A stretch of 64,000 bases of DNA from an uncultured delta proteobacterium (GTDB taxonomy: Bacteria; Myxococcota; UBA727; VGSZ01), in contig CAVZJB010000003.1 in NCBI GenBank assembly GCA_963775425.1, forward strand, positions 224,001 through 288,000, written 5' to 3'. The notes under the pieces were generated by a model that saw only the letters and a program-made list of their open reading frames with translations, searched no databases and was not told where the DNA came from. Shown here piece after piece: positions 60,037-64,000 of this stretch; within the stretch, counting starts at the first letter, position 1; the number at the start of each line of letters is the position of its first letter. The position numbers and the translations under genes were made by a program.

Positions 60037-61908
60037 ATGCCGACCACCGTGCAGCAGAACGCCACGAAGCTCACCACCTGGCTGAAGAACCAGAACGTCT
60101 CCGCGGGCAGCGCCAAGAAGGCCGACATCTCCCGGGCGAGCGCGCAGCTCCGCATCCCCGCCGCGCAGCTCCATGACGCGCGCCGCTTCCTCCTCGAGCA
60201 AGCGACCGCCGACAACGAGCGCGGCGCGGGCGCCGCGCAGCTCACGGGCCGTGGCGGCTTCGGCGCGTCCAGCGGCCAGCTCGACTCCGCGCGCGGCGCC
60301 ACGATGGCGGTGCGCGGCAACGGCGGCGATCCGAAGCTCGCGGCGTTCAATTCGTCGACGTACACCATCCTCGACGCCAAGCACGTGCAGGAGCAGATGA
60401 GGCTGCCGTCGCTGGGCGCGGCCAAGACGGTCATCGGCGAGAAGATCCTGAACGGCGCCGAGCGCGACCTCCACGACATCGGCGTGCACCCGGACAACTA
60501 CGACAGCTACGAGTGCGTGGACGCCTTCTCGCGCTCCAGCTACTCCGTCGCCGACGCCAAAGAGGCGCTGAAGCAGTTCAACTTCCTGACGTCGCTCGAC
60601 GACGCCAAGGAGTACATCGGCCTCAAGATCATCAACGGGCCCGAGGCGGAGCAGAGCATCCTCGGCACCGCCGGAATCACCCGCAACAACTTCGACAAGC
60701 AGGACTGCCTCGCGGCGTTCGCGCAGAGCGGCTACTCTGCCGCCGACGTCCGCGAAGCCAAGAAGCAGTTCGATTTCCTGCGCGGCTCGTCGACGGAAGA
60801 GGTCAAGGAGTACCTCGGCCTCAAGATCGTCAACGGCTACGAGCAGATGCTCGCCGACGCCGGCATCACGCAGCAGCCGTGGGACAAGCAGGACCTCCAG
60901 GCGGCCTTCTCCCATTCGAGCTACACCAAGGCCGACGTCGACGCTGCGCGCGACTCGTTCTCGTTCCTGCGCGGCAAGTCCGACGACGAGGTCAAGCAGT
61001 ACATCGGTCTCAAGATCGTCAACGGCTACGAGCAGATGCTCGCCGACAAGGGCATCACGCAGAACGACTTCGACAGCCACGACTGCCTGAAAGCGTTCAA
61101 CCAGAGCGGCTACGACAACTTGGACGTGGCGGCGGCGCGCGACAAGTTCGGCTTCCTGCGCGGCAAGTCCGACGTCGAGGTCAAGGAGTACATCGGTCTC
61201 AAGATCGTCAACGACTACGAGGGGATGCTGCGCGACGTGGGGATCGTGCCCGGCGACTCGCGCGGCGCCTCGCCGTCGTCGAGCGAGCACATCGTGTCGC
61301 AGCAGGAGATGAACCGGCACGCGTGGGCCGCGCTCGACAAGTCGTCCGAGCGGCTGAACGGCGCGTCCAAGACGCTGCGCGCGAGCCTGGACGCACCGAC
61401 CAAGAAAGATCTCGACAAGGCGCTCAAGGCCTTCGACGCGTACAAGCAGGCGGAGGGCACGTTCGCCGGCAACCTCGAAGCGCGCGGCGGCTCGCTGGCC
61501 CCGCTCGTCGAGGCGGGCGCCGAGAAGCGGCTCACCGACCAGCTCGCGCGCGAGGTCGGCCGCGCCGGCCACGCCGGGTACTTCAACTACGCCGGCACCA
61601 GCACCGTCGACGACGCGCCCCAGCAGGAGATGAACCGCGCGGCGTACGCGGCGTTCGAGGGCGCCGACGCCGAGATGAAGGGCCTCGTCGCGGCGCTCGA
61701 CAAGAAGCTCGCCTCGGCCGACCCCGAGAGCGTGAAGGAGCTGCACGCGGCGCAGGAGGCCTTCGAGACCTTCCGCGACGCGCAGGCGACGCTCGCCGGG
61801 AACATCGAGGCGCGCGGCGGGTCGCTCTTCGGCCTCATCCACGGCGCCGCGCTCGAGGCGCTCACGCGGCAGCGCATCGGGCTCCTCGAACAGACCCTTG
61901 CCGCGTAG
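60037..61908 (+). CDS. Protein with ~60-aa tandem repeats and two LprI/DUF1311-like domains
   Basis: Repeats KEYIGLKIVNGYEQMLAD.GI; two QQEMNR.A...D..L...RGGS...LT.(Q/R) units. Confidence 0.75.
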   Translation: MPTTVQQNATKLTTWLKNQNVSAGSAKKADISRASAQLRIPAAQLHDARRFLLEQATADNERGAGAAQLTGRGGFGASSGQLDSARGATMAVRGNGGDPKLAAFNSSTYTILDAKHVQEQMRLPSLGAAKTVIGEKILNGAERDLHDIGVHPDNYDSYECVDAFSRSSYSVADAKEALKQFNFLTSLDDAKEYIGLKIINGPEAEQSILGTAGITRNNFDKQDCLAAFAQSGYSAADVREAKKQFDFLRGSSTEEVKEYLGLKIVNGYEQMLADAGITQQPWDKQDLQAAFSHSSYTKADVDAARDSFSFLRGKSDDEVKQYIGLKIVNGYEQMLADKGITQNDFDSHDCLKAFNQSGYDNLDVAAARDKFGFLRGKSDVEVKEYIGLKIVNDYEGMLRDVGIVPGDSRGASPSSSEHIVSQQEMNRHAWAALDKSSERLNGASKTLRASLDAPTKKDLDKALKAFDAYKQAEGTFAGNLEARGGSLAPLVEAGAEKRLTDQLAREVGRAGHAGYFNYAGTSTVDDAPQQEMNRAAYAAFEGADAEMKGLVAALDKKLASADPESVKELHAAQEAFETFRDAQATLAGNIEARGGSLFGLIHGAALEALTRQRIGLLEQTLAA

Positions 61909-62908
61909 CGCCCGTCCCGCGGCGGGCCGGGTCGGCATCGAGCTCGAGCTGTTGGCGCCGCCCGGACAAACGCGCTTCCACATCGCCGGCGCGCTCGCGC
62001 GCGCGACGGGTGGGCGCGTCCTGTATGGGCTCAAGCACGTCGTCGAGCGCGTGACGCCCGACGGCCGCCCGGTCTGCTCGCTCTCCCTCGCGGCGCGCGT
62101 CCTCGACGCCGACGGCGCCGCGCGCTTCGACCTCGTCGACGACGTCACGCTGCGGGAGCACGCGGCCGAACCGGGGGAGGGCCCGGCCCGCGGCGCGCCG
62201 CTCGAGCGCGTGGTGATGGACGACGTACGGCTGTCCAAGTGGCTCGAGCGGCGCTCCTTCGTCGCCGCGCGCCCCGACGTTCGCGAGGCGCTGAAGCCGC
62301 TCCTCGAGGTGTTCGGCGCGACGCACGACGAGGGGCGGGGGACGGTGCTCGACCCGTGGGGCCAGGTGCTCGCCGTCGTCGACAACGAGCCCACGGCGCA
62401 CGCGCGTGTCTGCGAGATCGTCACCCGCCCGCTGCCCGCGCGCGGGCCCGAGCGGGACGAGGCCGTGCGCGCCGCCCTGGCCGCCGCCGCCGGCTGCGCC
62501 GTCCCCGCCGCCGCCGCCCTGCACGTCCACGTCGACGCGGGCCCGTGGCGCAGCACGCCCGCCCTGCGCGCGCTCGTGCTGGCGTGGGCGGACCGCCGCG
62601 ACGAGCTGCTTGCGCGCCTGCGCCCGAACCCGCGCTGCAAGAAGCTCGGGCCGTTCCCCGCCGACGTCGTGCGCGTCGCGCGCGAGTGCCCGTCCGACCT
62701 GCCGTTTTCGACGCTGGCGGCGGCGCTCAAGCTGGCGGGCGCCAACAAGGAGCTCGACGTCAACCTCCTCGGCGTCATCGAGCCCTGGCCGGTGCAGCCC
62801 ACCCTCGAGGTGCGCTGCCTGCCCATGTCCACGGATCCCGCCGCCGTCCTCGCGTCCGTCGACGCCGCCCTCGCCGTGCTCGACGACATCGGCGGCGAGG
62901 GCGCGTGA
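61898..62908 (+). CDS. Putative amidoligase-family (COOH-NH2 ligase type) protein
   Basis: VGIELEL, CEIVTRP, ALHVHVD, TLEVR. Start codon uncertain. Confidence 0.75.
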   Translation: MPRSARPAAGRVGIELELLAPPGQTRFHIAGALARATGGRVLYGLKHVVERVTPDGRPVCSLSLAARVLDADGAARFDLVDDVTLREHAAEPGEGPARGAPLERVVMDDVRLSKWLERRSFVAARPDVREALKPLLEVFGATHDEGRGTVLDPWGQVLAVVDNEPTAHARVCEIVTRPLPARGPERDEAVRAALAAAAGCAVPAAAALHVHVDAGPWRSTPALRALVLAWADRRDELLARLRPNPRCKKLGPFPADVVRVARECPSDLPFSTLAAALKLAGANKELDVNLLGVIEPWPVQPTLEVRCLPMSTDPAAVLASVDAALAVLDDIGGEGA

Positions 62909-63012
62909 CGCGGCCCCGCGCCCGTCGGGGCCGCCGGCGCCTCGACGACGTGCGCGCCACGTGGTAGCGCCGCCGCAGCGTCCGGCCCGGGGCCGGCGGC
63001 GAGGAGGACGGC

Positions 63013-64000
63013 ATGGCTCGGTTCAAGAAGGCGTGTGTCATCGGCGCGGGCATCATGGGGCAGGGCATCGCGGCCCACCTCGCAAACGCGCGCATCCCCG
63101 TGCTCCTGCTCGACATCGTGCCGCCCAAGCCGGGCCCCGGCGACGACGTCAAGTCGCGCGAGTTTCGCGACCGCTTCGCCCGCGGCGGCCTCGAGAAGGC
63201 AGTCAAGGCCAAGCCCGCGCTGTTCTTCACCAAGCGGGACGCGTCGCTCGTCTCCGTCGGCAACATCGACGACGACCTCGGCAAGGTCGCCGACTGCGAC
63301 CTCGTCGTCGAGGTGGTCCTCGAGCGGATGGACGTGAAGCAGCAGCTCTTCGAGAAGCTCGACGCCGTCGTGCGCCCGGGCACCATCGTCACGTCGAACA
63401 CGTCGGGGCTGTCCATCGAGGGGATGCTCGAGGGGCGCTCGGCGGCCTTCCGCAAGAACTTCGCGGTCACGCACTTCTTCAACCCCGTGCGCTACATGCC
63501 GCTCCTCGAGATCGTGGCGGGCAAGGACACGGACCCCGCCGTCGTCGAGACCCTCGCCGCGTTCGGTGCCGGAACGCTCGGCAAGGGCATCGTCTACGGC
63601 AAGGACACGCCCAACTTCGTCGCCAACCGCATCGGCGTGTTCGGCATCATGGAGACCATCCGCGTCATGCTCGAGGGCAAGTACACCCTCGAGGAGGTGG
63701 ACGCCGTCTTCGGCCCCGCCACCGGTCGCGCCAAGAGCGCCGTGTTCGGCACCGCCGACGTCGTCGGCCTCGACACCTTCGTGCACGTCGCCCAGAACTG
63801 CTGGGACAACCTCAAGAAGGACGAGCGCCACGCCGTGTTCGAGACGCCGGCGTTCATCAAGGACATGGTCTCCCGCGGGTGGTTGGGGCGAAAGACCAAG
63901 GGCGGCTTCTACAAGAAGGTCGGCGACGACATCCTCACGCTCGACTACGATAAGATGGAGTACCGCCCCAAGCAGAAGGTGCGCTACGAGTCCCTCGGCG
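63013..64000 (+). CDS. 3-hydroxyacyl-CoA dehydrogenase (FadN-like), runs off window
   Basis: VIGAGIMGQGIAAHLANA, EVVLER..VK, TSNTSGL, HFFNPVRY, KDTPNFVANRIG. Confidence 0.93.
   Translation, partial: MARFKKACVIGAGIMGQGIAAHLANARIPVLLLDIVPPKPGPGDDVKSREFRDRFARGGLEKAVKAKPALFFTKRDASLVSVGNIDDDLGKVADCDLVVEVVLERMDVKQQLFEKLDAVVRPGTIVTSNTSGLSIEGMLEGRSAAFRKNFAVTHFFNPVRYMPLLEIVAGKDTDPAVVETLAAFGAGTLGKGIVYGKDTPNFVANRIGVFGIMETIRVMLEGKYTLEEVDAVFGPATGRAKSAVFGTADVVGLDTFVHVAQNCWDNLKKDERHAVFETPAFIKDMVSRGWLGRKTKGGFYKKVGDDILTLDYDKMEYRPKQKVRYESLG

Noticed and set aside
55115-63831. Very long minus-strand ORFs (1398 aa, 1562 aa) and similar ones elsewhere, e.g. 9753-13298 and 24037-27051
   Set aside because: Antisense shadows of real genes caused by high GC3 bias; no recognisable motifs.

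Overview
Very GC-rich bacterial chromosome segment with a Myxococcota/deltaproteobacterial-type gene repertoire. The backbone carries prmC, yqeY, dnaG-rpoD, a tRNA(CAT) that is probably Ile2, glyA-nrdR-ribD, an MCP-less chemosensory cluster, a DUF1592/DUF1552 pair, many Cys-rich or (GE)n lipoproteins, a Met-zincin protease and the start of a 3-hydroxyacyl-CoA dehydrogenase. The most striking locus is 27496-37640. The tRNA is followed by a tandem array of 104-bp units that each copy its 3' end. A ~9.5-kb island with a large serine recombinase (LSR) sits in the first downstream copy. The LSR gene has no stop of its own and is cut at the att core CCGGGCGC. The right part of the island holds five att-like sites (GGTTCG-N12-CCGGGCGC). 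Each encodes an alternative in-frame LSR C-terminus (RARx[D/E]x[F/L]RT), and together they delimit small integrase-less units: a RAYT, a REP doublet present twice with boundaries exactly at the cores, and a toxin-antitoxin pair. This looks like an integron-like cassette array run by a serine recombinase (inference). Other notable items are a HisH/HisF-like pair lacking catalytic residues, a 30-bp GATC-bounded repeat inserted in frame into genes, and ~215-bp inverted repeats bracketing the tRNA locus. All calls come from reading the sequence and recognising motifs; no database searches were run.
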